A stretch of 64,000 bases of DNA from an uncultured Verrucomicrobiae bacterium. Lineage in GTDB: Bacteria; Verrucomicrobiota; Verrucomicrobiia; Chthoniobacterales; JAFAMB01. The notes beneath the pieces were generated by a model. That model had not been told where the DNA came from. It saw only the letters and a list, made by a program, of their open reading frames with translations, and did not search any database. A program made the position numbers and the translations under genes. Positions 18,452-28,136 of this stretch are shown here, one piece after another (the stretch's first letter is position 1; each line of letters starts with the position of its first letter). The stretch covers positions 192,001-256,000 of the forward strand of contig CAVXLD010000007.1 in the NCBI GenBank assembly GCA_963762565.1. The letters run 5' to 3'.

Positions 18452-19328
18452 ACGACCCCGACCCCCAATCGCCACGGATCCGAATCGGAACCTGCTCGAG
18501 ATAATATCGACTTCTTTGCAAAATCTGCGTCCTTCCGACCGTAAGGTGGCAGAGCTTACTTTGGCTGCGCCCGAGTTTGTACTCAATGCGACGGTGGATC
18601 AGACATCCAGACGGTCCGGAGTGAGTGAGCCGACCGTGATTCGGTTCTGCGAGGCGCTTGGGTTCGAGGGGTTTCAAGATTTCAAAGTCCGCCTCGCCCA
18701 AAGTGTCGCCCTGGGTATGCCAGCCACTCACTCAGTCATTTTGCCGGCTGATCCAGTCGGCATCATCGCGGATAAGATCTTTGACTACAGCATGAATAGT
18801 CTGGATTGGGCGCGCAAAAAGCTAGATAAGGACGAGCTGAACAAAGCCGTTGATCTGCTATTGGCGGCTAATCGCATCGAGTTCTTTGGTTTTGGTGCAT
18901 CGGGAATCGTCGCCTTAGATGCACAACAGAAGTTTCCGCTATTTGGGGTGCCATGCACGGCACATTGTGACTCGCATCAACAGTTCATCGCTGCTTCTAT
19001 GATGAAACCGGGCGACGTCGTAGTGGCGATCTCGAACACCGGTCAGACCAAAGGGGTGATTGAGGCGGCAAAGACTGCGTTGAACAATGGCGCCGCCGTC
19101 ATCGCGATCACCGGAAAAATCGGCCCCTTGCTAGAACATTGCACGGTGCCATTGCTGGTGGAAACGTTGGAAAACACGGATGTTTATACTCCTACCATTT
19201 CGCGGTTAGCGGCGCTCACTCTAATCGATATCTTAGCGACCAGCGTGATCACGCGGCGCGGCCAGGAGCACAACTCGCGCGTCGCGGAAATGAAACGGAA
19301 TCTAGCTGCCATGCGAGGCAGTCTCTAA
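18402..19328 (+). CDS. hexR: RpiR/HexR family transcriptional regulator (HTH + SIS)
   Basis: GVSEPTVIRFC, GFQDFK, FGFGASGIVA, ISNTG and YTPTISRL motifs. The true start may be slightly downstream (GTG 18444). Confidence 0.88.
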   Translation: MAREDARPPYPQTLVPRRPRPPIATDPNRNLLEIISTSLQNLRPSDRKVAELTLAAPEFVLNATVDQTSRRSGVSEPTVIRFCEALGFEGFQDFKVRLAQSVALGMPATHSVILPADPVGIIADKIFDYSMNSLDWARKKLDKDELNKAVDLLLAANRIEFFGFGASGIVALDAQQKFPLFGVPCTAHCDSHQQFIAASMMKPGDVVVAISNTGQTKGVIEAAKTALNNGAAVIAITGKIGPLLEHCTVPLLVETLENTDVYTPTISRLAALTLIDILATSVITRRGQEHNSRVAEMKRNLAAMRGSL

Positions 19329-19465
19329 CTCGCTTAGGCTCGTTAGAGAATAGCCAATAGTCGATAGCCAATAGCCAATCGCGCTCATACTTACCCAGCG
19401 CCATTTGACTGTCGGCTATTGGCTATTGGCTATTGGCTATTCCGAAGCGAGCCTCAGGCGAGCTT
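19327..19465. repeat. Family D inverted-repeat element with internal heptamer arms
   Basis: AACTCGCTTAGGCTCG ... CGAGCCTCAGGCGAGCTT enclosing (aatagcc)n/(ggctatt)n, between convergent hexR and melA. Confidence 0.8.
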
Positions 19466-20779
19466 CGGCAGCCATTGGGCTTCGGCGGCGAGCATTTTGT
19501 CCACCAGTTCGTGGATTTGGGGGAGGGTGCAAACGGCGGCGGTTAAGGGGTCTAGCATGACGGCGTGGTAAACGGCGTCTTTGCTGCCGGTCAGAGCAGC
19601 TTCTACGATTAGTTCTTGGACGTTGATATTGGTGCGGTTAAGCGCGGCCAATTGAGGTGGGAGCGGACCGACTTTTATCGGCTGAATTCCGTTTCCGTCC
19701 ACCAGGCAGGGTACCTCGACGCAACAGCTGGCTGGTAGATTGTCAATCACGTCGTCATTCGGCACGTTGCCGTTGATTGTAATCGCTCTATTTGTCTCGA
19801 TCGCTTCGATGATACGCGCGCCGTATTCGTGTGTTCGTTCCGAGATCAACTCGGCCTGCAAAATAGACTGATATTCTTGTTGGAACTTTTGGACCCGATC
19901 ATGACAATGCCGCAGATACCCGCCGGTACGTCCAAATTCTAACCAATCGTTAACCGGGTCGGTAAACCTTGGGACGAGCTCGTTATCTACCATTTTCGCG
20001 GTCTTGCGAAAATAAGGCACATATTCACTGGCGTGACCGCTGGATTCGGTCACGAAATAACCAAAATGTTTTAGCAGATCAATTCGCACCGGCTCTTGCC
20101 CATAGATGGCCGGATCTTCGACGGCGGCAAAGATTTTTGGGTACAGATCTTCTTCTTTAGTTCTGAACTCGAGAAAGAAGGCTTGATGGTTGATGCCGGC
20201 GCAGAAGAAGATGACTTCCTCGTAAGGTACCTTGATCCAATCAGCCAGTAGCTCGCTGGTACCTTGAACACTGTGGCAGAGTCCCACGTGCGGAAGGCCG
20301 CTGCCGGCTGCAACCGCCCAACAATTGGCGGCCATTGGGTTCACATAGTTAAGCAGTAGTGCTTCCGGGGCGTATTGATCAATCTCCGAGCAAATATCGA
20401 TCAGGACTGGGATCGTCCGCAGGGCGCGAAACACGCCGCCTGGTCCTAGCGTATCTCCGACACACTGCTCGATGCCGTACTGCTGCGGTATTTCGATGTC
20501 GAGCTGATAAGCATCGAGACCGCCTTGTTGAAAGGTCGTGACCACATAGTCCGAGTCTTTGATTGCTTCCCTTCGATCGAGGGTCGCCGACACGGTAGCT
20601 TTAACACCGCGGCGATCGATGGTTGACTGAACGATTTGGCGTGACTGCTCTAGCCGCTGCGCGTCGATGTCCATCAATACGATGGTGCTATCGCTCAGCG
20701 CCGGCGTGAGAAGAATATCGTTAGTAAGGTTCCGGGTGAAGACAAGGCTTCCTGCTCCGATAAAGGTAATTTTAGGCAT
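19454..20779 (-). CDS. melA: GH4 NAD-dependent alpha-galactosidase
   Basis: KITFIGAGS, GDTLGPGGVFRALRT, NYVNPM, GLCHSVQ, GINH and TESSGH motifs. Confidence 0.93.
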   Translation of the reverse strand: MPKITFIGAGSLVFTRNLTNDILLTPALSDSTIVLMDIDAQRLEQSRQIVQSTIDRRGVKATVSATLDRREAIKDSDYVVTTFQQGGLDAYQLDIEIPQQYGIEQCVGDTLGPGGVFRALRTIPVLIDICSEIDQYAPEALLLNYVNPMAANCWAVAAGSGLPHVGLCHSVQGTSELLADWIKVPYEEVIFFCAGINHQAFFLEFRTKEEDLYPKIFAAVEDPAIYGQEPVRIDLLKHFGYFVTESSGHASEYVPYFRKTAKMVDNELVPRFTDPVNDWLEFGRTGGYLRHCHDRVQKFQQEYQSILQAELISERTHEYGARIIEAIETNRAITINGNVPNDDVIDNLPASCCVEVPCLVDGNGIQPIKVGPLPPQLAALNRTNINVQELIVEAALTGSKDAVYHAVMLDPLTAAVCTLPQIHELVDKMLAAEAQWLPKLA

Positions 20780-20792
20780 AAGTTAGAAAACG

Positions 20793-20920
20793 GACTCGCC
20801 TGAGGCTCGTCCGAATGACAAATGACAGATGTGGCGGCCATGGATCGCTGCTGGGGTCTTTCTCCATTTGTCATTTTTGTCATCTGTCATTTGTCATGCT
20901 GAACGAGCCTCAGCGAGTTC
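20793..20920. repeat. Family D element with (atgacaa)n/(ttgtcat)n arms
   Basis: GACTCGCCTGAGGCTCGT ... ACGAGCCTCAGCGAGTTC. Confidence 0.8.
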
Positions 20921-21743
20921 AGCTTTTGACTGCTCCGGCAGTGAGTCCCGCTACGAGGCGGCGTTGTACGACGGCAAAAAACAAAATGGTCGGCACGATG
21001 GCGATGACCGTGCCGGCAGTGATCAAGCCCCATTTCACCTGCAAGCTCTGGAGAAAGCTTTGTAAGCCGAGTGGTAACGTCTGAGTCGAATTGCTCTGAG
21101 AAAGAATCGAGACAAAAAGATAATCGCCCCATGACACCACAAAAGCGAAGAATCCGGCCACGACGAGGCCAGGTAGAGCGATGGGATAGAGAATTCTAAA
21201 TAGGATCGCTAAACGGGAACAACCGTCGATGGCGGCTGCTTGATCGAGCTCGCGGGGAATGGCGTTAAAATAGCCGGTTAACATCCAAAGCGCGAACGGT
21301 AAAGTGATCGAGGTATGGGTAAGGATCACGCCGATATGAGTATCAACCAGCGAGAGGTTCGACATCAAAACATAGAATGGCACTAGCACTAAAACGTACG
21401 GAAAAAACTGAGGCAACAGTGCAGCCAGCATCAGATACGGTTTGCCCTTCAACGGGAACCGGCTGAGGCCGTAGGCACCCAGGCTGGCAAATAAAACCAC
21501 CAGCAACATAACCGTGGTGGCAATCAAGATCGAGTTAGCCACCAGCTGAGGAAAGTTGTTCAGGTTAAAGGCTTCCAGGTAGTTATAAACAGTAAGCTCG
21601 GAGAAGGCGGGCAAAATGTGACCGGATTGGATCGAGTCCGAGGTCCGAAAACTGCAAAGAAGAAGCCAGGCCATTGGGCCGAGCAGAAAAAGATAGAATA
21701 GGGCGAGCCCCAGATAAACGATGACGCGGTGAGTGAGTTTCAT
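20919..21743 (-). CDS. Carbohydrate ABC transporter permease (MalG-like)
   Basis: EAA-type loop IPRELDQAAAIDG; ends AGAVKS. Confidence 0.93.
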   Translation of the reverse strand: MKLTHRVIVYLGLALFYLFLLGPMAWLLLCSFRTSDSIQSGHILPAFSELTVYNYLEAFNLNNFPQLVANSILIATTVMLLVVLFASLGAYGLSRFPLKGKPYLMLAALLPQFFPYVLVLVPFYVLMSNLSLVDTHIGVILTHTSITLPFALWMLTGYFNAIPRELDQAAAIDGCSRLAILFRILYPIALPGLVVAGFFAFVVSWGDYLFVSILSQSNSTQTLPLGLQSFLQSLQVKWGLITAGTVIAIVPTILFFAVVQRRLVAGLTAGAVKS

Positions 21744-22705
21744 TCCGTCTCGTATCCTCGAATTACCCGGCGGCAGATCATTACCAGAATGACCAATACG
21801 ACTAACATCACCACGCCGCCGGCGCTGGCATAGCCAAGCGCATAGCCGCTCCAGGCCTGTTTGTAAATGTAGGTAGGTAGAACCTCCGTCGCGTTTACCG
21901 GCCCGCCTCCGGTAGAGAGAAAGACGAAATCGAAATTGTTAAAGGTAAAGGTGACATGCAGGACTACCATTACCAGGATGATGTAACGCAGGTTGGGCAG
22001 GGTGATGAAGATGAGGCGGTGCCAACGGGTGGCGCCGTCGATGCGAGCGGCCTCGTAAAGATCTTGCGGGATAGCCTGCATGGCCGCCATGAAAGCGATC
22101 GCGTAAAAGGGGATGTTGCGCCAAAGGTGCATCACCAGGATCAAAAGGAAGGCGAAATTCTCGTCCCCGAACCAGTTTCTGGTCCATTGGCTTAGACCAA
22201 TCTTAGTTAATACCAAATTGAAGAATCCGTAGTTAGGCAAAGTAAAAAAACGAAAGATAACTACGGCACAGATGATCGGTAGCACCCAGGTTACCATGGC
22301 CAGGCTGCGAAAGACCTGAATCCCGGGAACTCGTTGGATCAGGAGATGAGCCAAGATCAAACCGAAAAATACTTGTAGAGCTACAGCGGTGACAGTGAGC
22401 TCCAGAGAGTGCACAAAGGAGAGCTGGAAGATGGGATCAGCGAAAAGTTTAAAGTAGTTCGCTAGGCCGACCAAATTGTAGTGGTTAGGGTCGAGCAGCG
22501 ATTGATCAGTGAACGAGGTGAAAATGCCGTAGGCGGTAGGATAAAGGTTGAGCCCAAGAATGATGGCGAGCGCGGGTAATAAGAGGAGATAACCGAAGGC
22601 CTCTTTCCAAAGGCGAACCAACAAGGGTGTCCGGTATTCTTTGGGCGCACTAGCTTTTGGTCGGTGGAAAGCCAGGTCCTTTGTATCCATCGTTGCGGGC
22701 ATCAT
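21740..22705 (-). CDS. Carbohydrate ABC transporter permease (MalF-like)
   Basis: VGLANY, IPQDLYEAARIDGA and TGGGP motifs. Confidence 0.93.
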   Translation of the reverse strand: MMPATMDTKDLAFHRPKASAPKEYRTPLLVRLWKEAFGYLLLLPALAIILGLNLYPTAYGIFTSFTDQSLLDPNHYNLVGLANYFKLFADPIFQLSFVHSLELTVTAVALQVFFGLILAHLLIQRVPGIQVFRSLAMVTWVLPIICAVVIFRFFTLPNYGFFNLVLTKIGLSQWTRNWFGDENFAFLLILVMHLWRNIPFYAIAFMAAMQAIPQDLYEAARIDGATRWHRLIFITLPNLRYIILVMVVLHVTFTFNNFDFVFLSTGGGPVNATEVLPTYIYKQAWSGYALGYASAGGVVMLVVLVILVMICRRVIRGYETE

Positions 22706-22821
22706 CTTGCGTAAGTCGGCGTTAGGCTAGCTGGAATTGCGTGTGTCTGGTGGGGCGTCTGCGAAAAGGGGGAAAGGGCGAATGGGCGAAACGGCGATTC
22801 GGCGAAGCGAAGCCCAAGTTT

Positions 22822-23083
22822 GGTGGGGCGAGGCTCCGGAACGGCTCCTTGTGTTCTCAAAGTCTCTGGTCACTTTCGGCGACATCATCCGCAAGGCTGA
22901 TTCACTGCCGAGCCGCTGGCCCAGCGCTATGCAATCGAAATCGGTTGGGATCGGTCGGCCGTTTTTAGAGGTGGAGAATCATGGGCGGCGGCTCGGCAGC
23001 CTGTCGGCGCAAGTTGCCTTCGGTGGAGCGAGTTCAACTTGCCTTGCCCGGCGTCTGAGTCCGTGCAAGAGCCTCGCCCCACC
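22822..23083. repeat. Family B nested inverted-repeat element
   Basis: GGTGGGGCGAGGCTCC-N69-GCCGAGCCG ... CGGCTCGGC-N70-AGAGCCTCGCCCCACC. Confidence 0.85.
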
Positions 23084-23103
23084 AAGTGTGATCCCTGTCT
23101 GCC

Positions 23104-24405
23104 CTATAACTGATTATTTTTCGCTCGTTGTTCCAAGGTCGTGTACAGCGCCTTACCGGCTTCTTCTGGGGTGCTGTTTTTGTAAATCACCTTTTGTATC
23201 GCCTCAGTAATGTCGTTGATAACATAACCCCAGTTGATGGCGGCGAGCGCGACGCCGGTGCCCAGTTGGGAGCTAAACGCCTTTTGCCACCAGTTGTCCT
23301 TAAATTCCGGTAGATCGGCCACGTCTTTCCGTGGCGGATTAACGCCTTCAGTTTGGTTATCCAAAGCGACGAATTCCTTGCTCGCCAGGATCTTGATCAA
23401 GGCCCAAGCATCTTGTTTGTTTTTGCTGGCGGCGTTGATCAGCAACGGTTTGACTTCCAGATAGGTGGCCTGAGTGCCTCCCTCCGGCAGCGGGAGCGGA
23501 GCAACTCCGGTTTCTTCTTCAAGAATTTTCTTCGCGGTATCTCCGGTTAGCCGGTAGGAATAGAGCCACGGCCCCATTGGTACCATGGCCGATTTTCCCG
23601 AAACGTAGTCGGTGTCGGTGGCCTGGTAGTCGTTGCCGCGAGTGTTCTGATTCGCCGCCGAGGGAGTGCCGGCGAAAAACACATCCTCATAGAGTTTCAA
23701 TACCTGCGCGAGTTTTTCCGGCGTGGTGTTCATCTCCCACTTCTTGGAAGATTCGTTGTATTTAAAGGGGTTCTCTCCGCCATTGACCTGGAAGAAGAAA
23801 GAGATGAACTCCTGAAAGGTACGGACGCTCCCGTTTTTGGTGGTTAATCCCAGGCCGGCGACACCGTCTTCTTTGGACGAGATCAGGGCTGCATCCTTCA
23901 CTAAGTCATCCCAAGTCTTCGGGGCTTCGAGACCATATTTCTGAAAGAGATCTTTCCGATAGACCAAAACCCGGACATTAGTGTTATAGGGTACTCCGTA
24001 TAATTTACCGTTAATTGTGAGCGCCTTGATGGTGGTCGGAATGAACTGATCTTTATCTGCCCATTTATCGAATTCGCTGTCGATCGGTGCGATTAGGCCG
24101 GCCTTCTGATAAGCGAACATTCCTTCTAACACCGCTTCGATGACGTCCGGTTTTCCCCGGCGTCCTTGGACGATCAGTTTCTGTTGGGCATCTTGGTAGA
24201 TGGGAGGGCCGTAGTTATTCGCCAGGGTAACCCCGGGCAGCAATTTAGGAACGTTTTCGCTGACCCATTTAGTTAGCGGTCCTTTTTGGGGACCATCCTG
24301 AGACATCGGAACGAACCAGAGATCCAGGTCTTTTGCCTGGCTCGCAGCTACGAAGACGAAGGCACTCAGTAGCCCTAATAGTCGGAATTTTGGCAAACGT
24401 TTCAT
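23104..24405 (-). CDS. Sugar ABC transporter substrate-binding protein
   Basis: Signal peptide MKRLPKFRLLGLL; GKLYGVP, YRKDLF and PKTWDDL motifs. Confidence 0.9.
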   Translation of the reverse strand: MKRLPKFRLLGLLSAFVFVAASQAKDLDLWFVPMSQDGPQKGPLTKWVSENVPKLLPGVTLANNYGPPIYQDAQQKLIVQGRRGKPDVIEAVLEGMFAYQKAGLIAPIDSEFDKWADKDQFIPTTIKALTINGKLYGVPYNTNVRVLVYRKDLFQKYGLEAPKTWDDLVKDAALISSKEDGVAGLGLTTKNGSVRTFQEFISFFFQVNGGENPFKYNESSKKWEMNTTPEKLAQVLKLYEDVFFAGTPSAANQNTRGNDYQATDTDYVSGKSAMVPMGPWLYSYRLTGDTAKKILEEETGVAPLPLPEGGTQATYLEVKPLLINAASKNKQDAWALIKILASKEFVALDNQTEGVNPPRKDVADLPEFKDNWWQKAFSSQLGTGVALAAINWGYVINDITEAIQKVIYKNSTPEEAGKALYTTLEQRAKNNQL

Positions 24406-24534
24406 TATGTTTGGGGGAAGAATCAGGTCGGTGGGATCGTGTAGATTCGGACGAAAACTCGTCGTGAATCGTTGCAGCTTGATTAAAACGTGAAGCTGTC
24501 GCAATAGTCGTTCCGGATCGATAATAGTCTATTT

Positions 24535-25455
24535 GTGAAGACGTCATCATCGAACGCATTCTCCGGAAACGTGAACGGCGACCTGCACAATTTGTACACG
24601 ACTTTACGCGCCGTCCGGGCCTGCCCCGAGACCGGGTCAACTTATGCAGGGAGCGTTTATTGCGGGTTGGAGACGCGCATCGATCCTCTTGATTACTATT
24701 GGGATGGACGAAAACGCGGTGGTCATCCCAAGTACCCCTACGTGATCTGGCAATATACGCTGCGCGGTTGGGGGAGCCTGAAGACCGAGCGAGCGCTTCA
24801 TCGGCTGGAACCAGGTTGCGCGTTTACCACGATAGTCCCAAGCGACGATATATATTGTCTCCCGAAGAAATCGACCGAATGGACTTTTTTCTGGTTCATC
24901 ATTCACCATCGCTACGTCGTGGAGAGGATCAAGAAACGTCAACGAATGGCGTCTCAAGTTTGGCCGATCCCGGCGGACAGCGCATTGATAGGTCGGGCAG
25001 TGGATCTCTTTGACGCCGTGCGAACGGGCGTGTGCCAGGACGAGTTCACGGAGGAGAGCCTGCTTTTCGCGTTCATGCTCGAATACGAACGATTCGGTCA
25101 TTCCTTATTGCACCCGGCTGAAGCCCGAGAACGCTTGCTGAAAGAACTTCGAACCGAGGTCCTGCATGGAATGCGGAACGGTGGACCAACGGTCGAACAA
25201 CTAGCAGCTAAACGAAAAATGAGTCGCAGTGCGTTTTCTCATCGATTCCGGGATGTGACTGGATCGACGCCAGCCCGCTTCATTACCCAGGTCAAACTAG
25301 GAGAAGTTACCCGGATGTTGGTACAAACAGATCTGAAGCTCTCCGCCATCGCGGAATTGACAGGATTTGCCGACGCCACGCATCTCGGAAAAGTTTTTCG
25401 TAAGCGCTACTCCCTTACACCCGATCGCTACCGGAATGCGATGCGGGCGCGGTGA
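24535..25455 (+). CDS. AraC family transcriptional regulator
   Basis: C-terminal double HTH (MSRSAFSHRFRDVTGSTP ... IAELTGFADATHLGKVFRK); divergent from the ABC operon. Confidence 0.9.
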   Translation: MKTSSSNAFSGNVNGDLHNLYTTLRAVRACPETGSTYAGSVYCGLETRIDPLDYYWDGRKRGGHPKYPYVIWQYTLRGWGSLKTERALHRLEPGCAFTTIVPSDDIYCLPKKSTEWTFFWFIIHHRYVVERIKKRQRMASQVWPIPADSALIGRAVDLFDAVRTGVCQDEFTEESLLFAFMLEYERFGHSLLHPAEARERLLKELRTEVLHGMRNGGPTVEQLAAKRKMSRSAFSHRFRDVTGSTPARFITQVKLGEVTRMLVQTDLKLSAIAELTGFADATHLGKVFRKRYSLTPDRYRNAMRAR

Positions 25456-25660
25456 ACTCGCTTAGGCTCGTTAGGAGTTCAGGAGTTCGAGGAGTTCACG
25501 GCAGGAGAATAGAACAAACACGTCGTGGGCAGTTTCCGGGAGCCGCCTGCTGCCGACCTACAGACCTGCCATCTGACAAAGCGGCTCCCCTCCAAACCAA
25601 ACGCTCCTTCGCCCGCTGCGTTCTCTCCTGAACTCCTAACGAGCCTAAGGCGAGTTCACC
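25451..25660. repeat. Family D element between convergent AraC and SDR genes
   Basis: GGTGAACTCGCTTAGGCTCGTTAGGAGTTCAGGAG ... CTCCTGAACTCCTAACGAGCCTAAGGCGAGTTCACC; contains a family E half element at 25536-25596. Confidence 0.85.
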
Positions 25661-26408
25661 TTCCGCCGCCAATCTCTAAGATCGTTCCGGTGACGTAGGA
25701 AGCTTCGGGGGAGAGTAACCAAAGGACACCGGCGGCGATTTCATCGGGTGTGCCTGGTCGTTTCATGGGGATGGTGGAACTTAGCCGCGCGGGACGGTCT
25801 GGAGCGCCGGCGGCGGCGTGCAGGTCGGTTTCAACTAGGCCCGGGGCAACTGCATTGACCCGGATCCCTTCGTTCGCCACTTCCCTGGCCAGTCCAATGG
25901 TCAGAGTATCAATGGCTCCCTTGGTGGCGGCGTAATGGACCCATTCCCCAGCGCCTCCTGTGCGAGCGGCGAGCGAGGAGATATTGACGATGGAGCCCCC
26001 TGAGTGGCCGTATCGAGTCGACATCCTCTTCACGGCCTCACGCAGGCAAAGAATCGGCCCGATTACATTTACCGCCATTAATCTTTCAAGGATTGGACCG
26101 CTGGTTTCATCAACGCGCGCAAAACCGCCAGTGATACCGGCGTTATTAACTAACCCGTAGATCGGACCCAGCCGGGTCTCTGTATCTTGGAAAAGAGCGA
26201 TCACCTCCGACTCGACTGATACATCGGCTCGAATCGAGATCGCTTTTCCACCGGTGCTGCGAATCTGTTCAACGACTTTGTCCGCCGCCTGTTGGTCTCT
26301 CGAGTAGTTGACGACTATCTGATAGTCGGAACGGGCTGCTTTCAGCGCGATCGCAGCGCCGATCCCGCGGCTGGCTCCGGTGATGATCAAAGTCCGTGGC
26401 GATGGCAT
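25656..26408 (-). CDS. Short-chain dehydrogenase/reductase
   Basis: ITGASRGIG, NNAG, YAATK and VNAVAPG motifs. Confidence 0.93.
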   Translation of the reverse strand: MPSPRTLIITGASRGIGAAIALKAARSDYQIVVNYSRDQQAADKVVEQIRSTGGKAISIRADVSVESEVIALFQDTETRLGPIYGLVNNAGITGGFARVDETSGPILERLMAVNVIGPILCLREAVKRMSTRYGHSGGSIVNISSLAARTGGAGEWVHYAATKGAIDTLTIGLAREVANEGIRVNAVAPGLVETDLHAAAGAPDRPARLSSTIPMKRPGTPDEIAAGVLWLLSPEASYVTGTILEIGGGR

Positions 26409-26475
26409 GGGAATTCCTAATAGCAAATAGCAGATCGCAAATAGCAAATTTGGTAGGGCGAGGCTCCGGAATTTT

Positions 26476-26683
26476 GGTAGGGCGAGGCTCCGGAATAGCC
26501 GGACTGGGGTCGCAGGGTCAAATCACGCTTCGCTGGTATATAGAATACAACACTTAAGCGCTGCCGAGCCGTGGGTTGCGCCACCCTCGGCTCGGCAGCT
26601 TTCAGGTGTCGCATCCCATATACCAACGACTCACCATTTCGCGCTGCGACTTTGCTTTGGTCATTCCGGAGCCTCGCCCCACC
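26476..26683. repeat. Family B nested inverted-repeat element (left outer motif duplicated at 26452)
   Basis: GGTAGGGCGAGGCTCC-N71-GCCGAGCCG ... CGGCTCGGC-N71-GGAGCCTCGCCCCACC. Confidence 0.85.
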
Positions 26684-26730
26684 AAAGGTTCCTTGAACTC
26701 CTGTAACTCCTCTGTTTTTGTGAGACGACG

Positions 26731-27999
26731 ATGAATCGCGCACTCGGCTACACTTTAACAGCCCTGCTTTTGGGGTTGGACTTAGTGGTCGGTACTTTCC
26801 TGTTGAGTTCGGGTAACGCGCAAGTTCCGACGGATGACGCCTCTGCCTGGCTGAGGGTGTTTACCCGGGCGTTTGAACTAGTAAAACAGGATTATGTTGA
26901 CCCCAAGAAGGTGACTTCGTCGCAATTAGTGCATGCCTCGCTGCGCCAAATGCTGTCCCAGCTTGATCCCCATAGCGGTTATCTGGAGGCGGAAGACTAT
27001 GAGGATTTCCAGGAGGAAAACAGGGGCGAAGTGACCGGTATCGGCATTGTGGTCGCCGAGATTAATAGTCAGCTGACCGTGGTATCAGCGGTTGAAGAAG
27101 CTCCAGCGGCTAAGGCGGGAATTGTGCCCGGCGATCAGATCATGGCGATCGAAGGGGTTAACGTCGAACACAAACGGGTAGAGGATATTGGCCCGCTTTT
27201 GCGCGGCCCTAAAGGCAGCAGCGTCCACATAAAAATCTACCGGCCATCGACTAAGAACGTGAGCGATATCCAGGTCATCCGTGGTATGTATCGGCTGACA
27301 AGCGTGAGAGATGCCCATCTCCTGGATGGCGGAGAAGCGGGTAAATTCAAGATCGGATATCTTCGGATTACAGAATTCGATCAGCCGACGGCGACCGAGC
27401 TCGGGACGAAGGTGGATGATTTGCTGGATAAAGGGATGCAGGCCCTCATATTGGATCTGCGATTCAATCCGGGCGGGCTGGTCCAAAGCGCCATCGACAC
27501 CTGCGGAGTATTTCTGCCGCCCAAGACGATGGTGGTCTACACAGAAGGGCGCGACGCAGGTTCCCATCAGGAATTCTATACTGATACAGCGGCCAAGCCG
27601 CGGCTGAACTTTCCCATGGTGATTCTGGTTAACAACGAAAGCGCCAGCGCTTCGGAAATCGTTGCCGGAGCAATGAAAGATCTGCGACGGGCGATCATCG
27701 TTGGACAAACGACGTTCGGGAAAGGGCTCGTGCAGGCCCAGTTTGAGCTCCCGGACGGGTCCGGCATGCGACTAACGGTTGCCAGGTATTTCACGCCAAA
27801 TCATGAAACCATTCAGGAGAAGGGCGTGAAACCCGACATTGCCAGTTCAATGAACCGGGTAGAAGAAAGAGCACTGTTGCTCAGGCAGAGAGGCAGTTTT
27901 CTGAATCCAGCCGAGAAAGAGCTCGTTGCCCACCAGAAAGACGAGCAATTGGATCGAGCGGTCGACGCGTTGAAGGGGCTGCTGACGTACGAGGGATAG
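26731..27999 (+). CDS. ctpA: S41 carboxy-terminal processing protease
   Basis: LDPHS, PDZ (GIGI), DLRFNPGG, SASASEI and TFGKG motifs. Confidence 0.93.
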   Translation: MNRALGYTLTALLLGLDLVVGTFLLSSGNAQVPTDDASAWLRVFTRAFELVKQDYVDPKKVTSSQLVHASLRQMLSQLDPHSGYLEAEDYEDFQEENRGEVTGIGIVVAEINSQLTVVSAVEEAPAAKAGIVPGDQIMAIEGVNVEHKRVEDIGPLLRGPKGSSVHIKIYRPSTKNVSDIQVIRGMYRLTSVRDAHLLDGGEAGKFKIGYLRITEFDQPTATELGTKVDDLLDKGMQALILDLRFNPGGLVQSAIDTCGVFLPPKTMVVYTEGRDAGSHQEFYTDTAAKPRLNFPMVILVNNESASASEIVAGAMKDLRRAIIVGQTTFGKGLVQAQFELPDGSGMRLTVARYFTPNHETIQEKGVKPDIASSMNRVEERALLLRQRGSFLNPAEKELVAHQKDEQLDRAVDALKGLLTYEG

Positions 28000-28136
28000 C
28001 CGAACTCGCCTTAGGCTCGTCCGGCATGACCAATAGCCGATAGCCGATAGCCAATGGACCTGGGTAGTGCAGAGCGCGTTTGGCTATCGGCTATTGGCTA
28101 TTGGTCATGCCGGACGAGCCTAAGCGAGTTCGGCTA
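27997..28136. repeat. Family D element between convergent ctpA and idnD
   Basis: TAGCCGAACTCGCCTTAGGCTCGTCCGGCATGACCAATAGCC ... GGCTATTGGTCATGCCGGACGAGCCTAAGCGAGTTCGGCTA. Confidence 0.85.
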
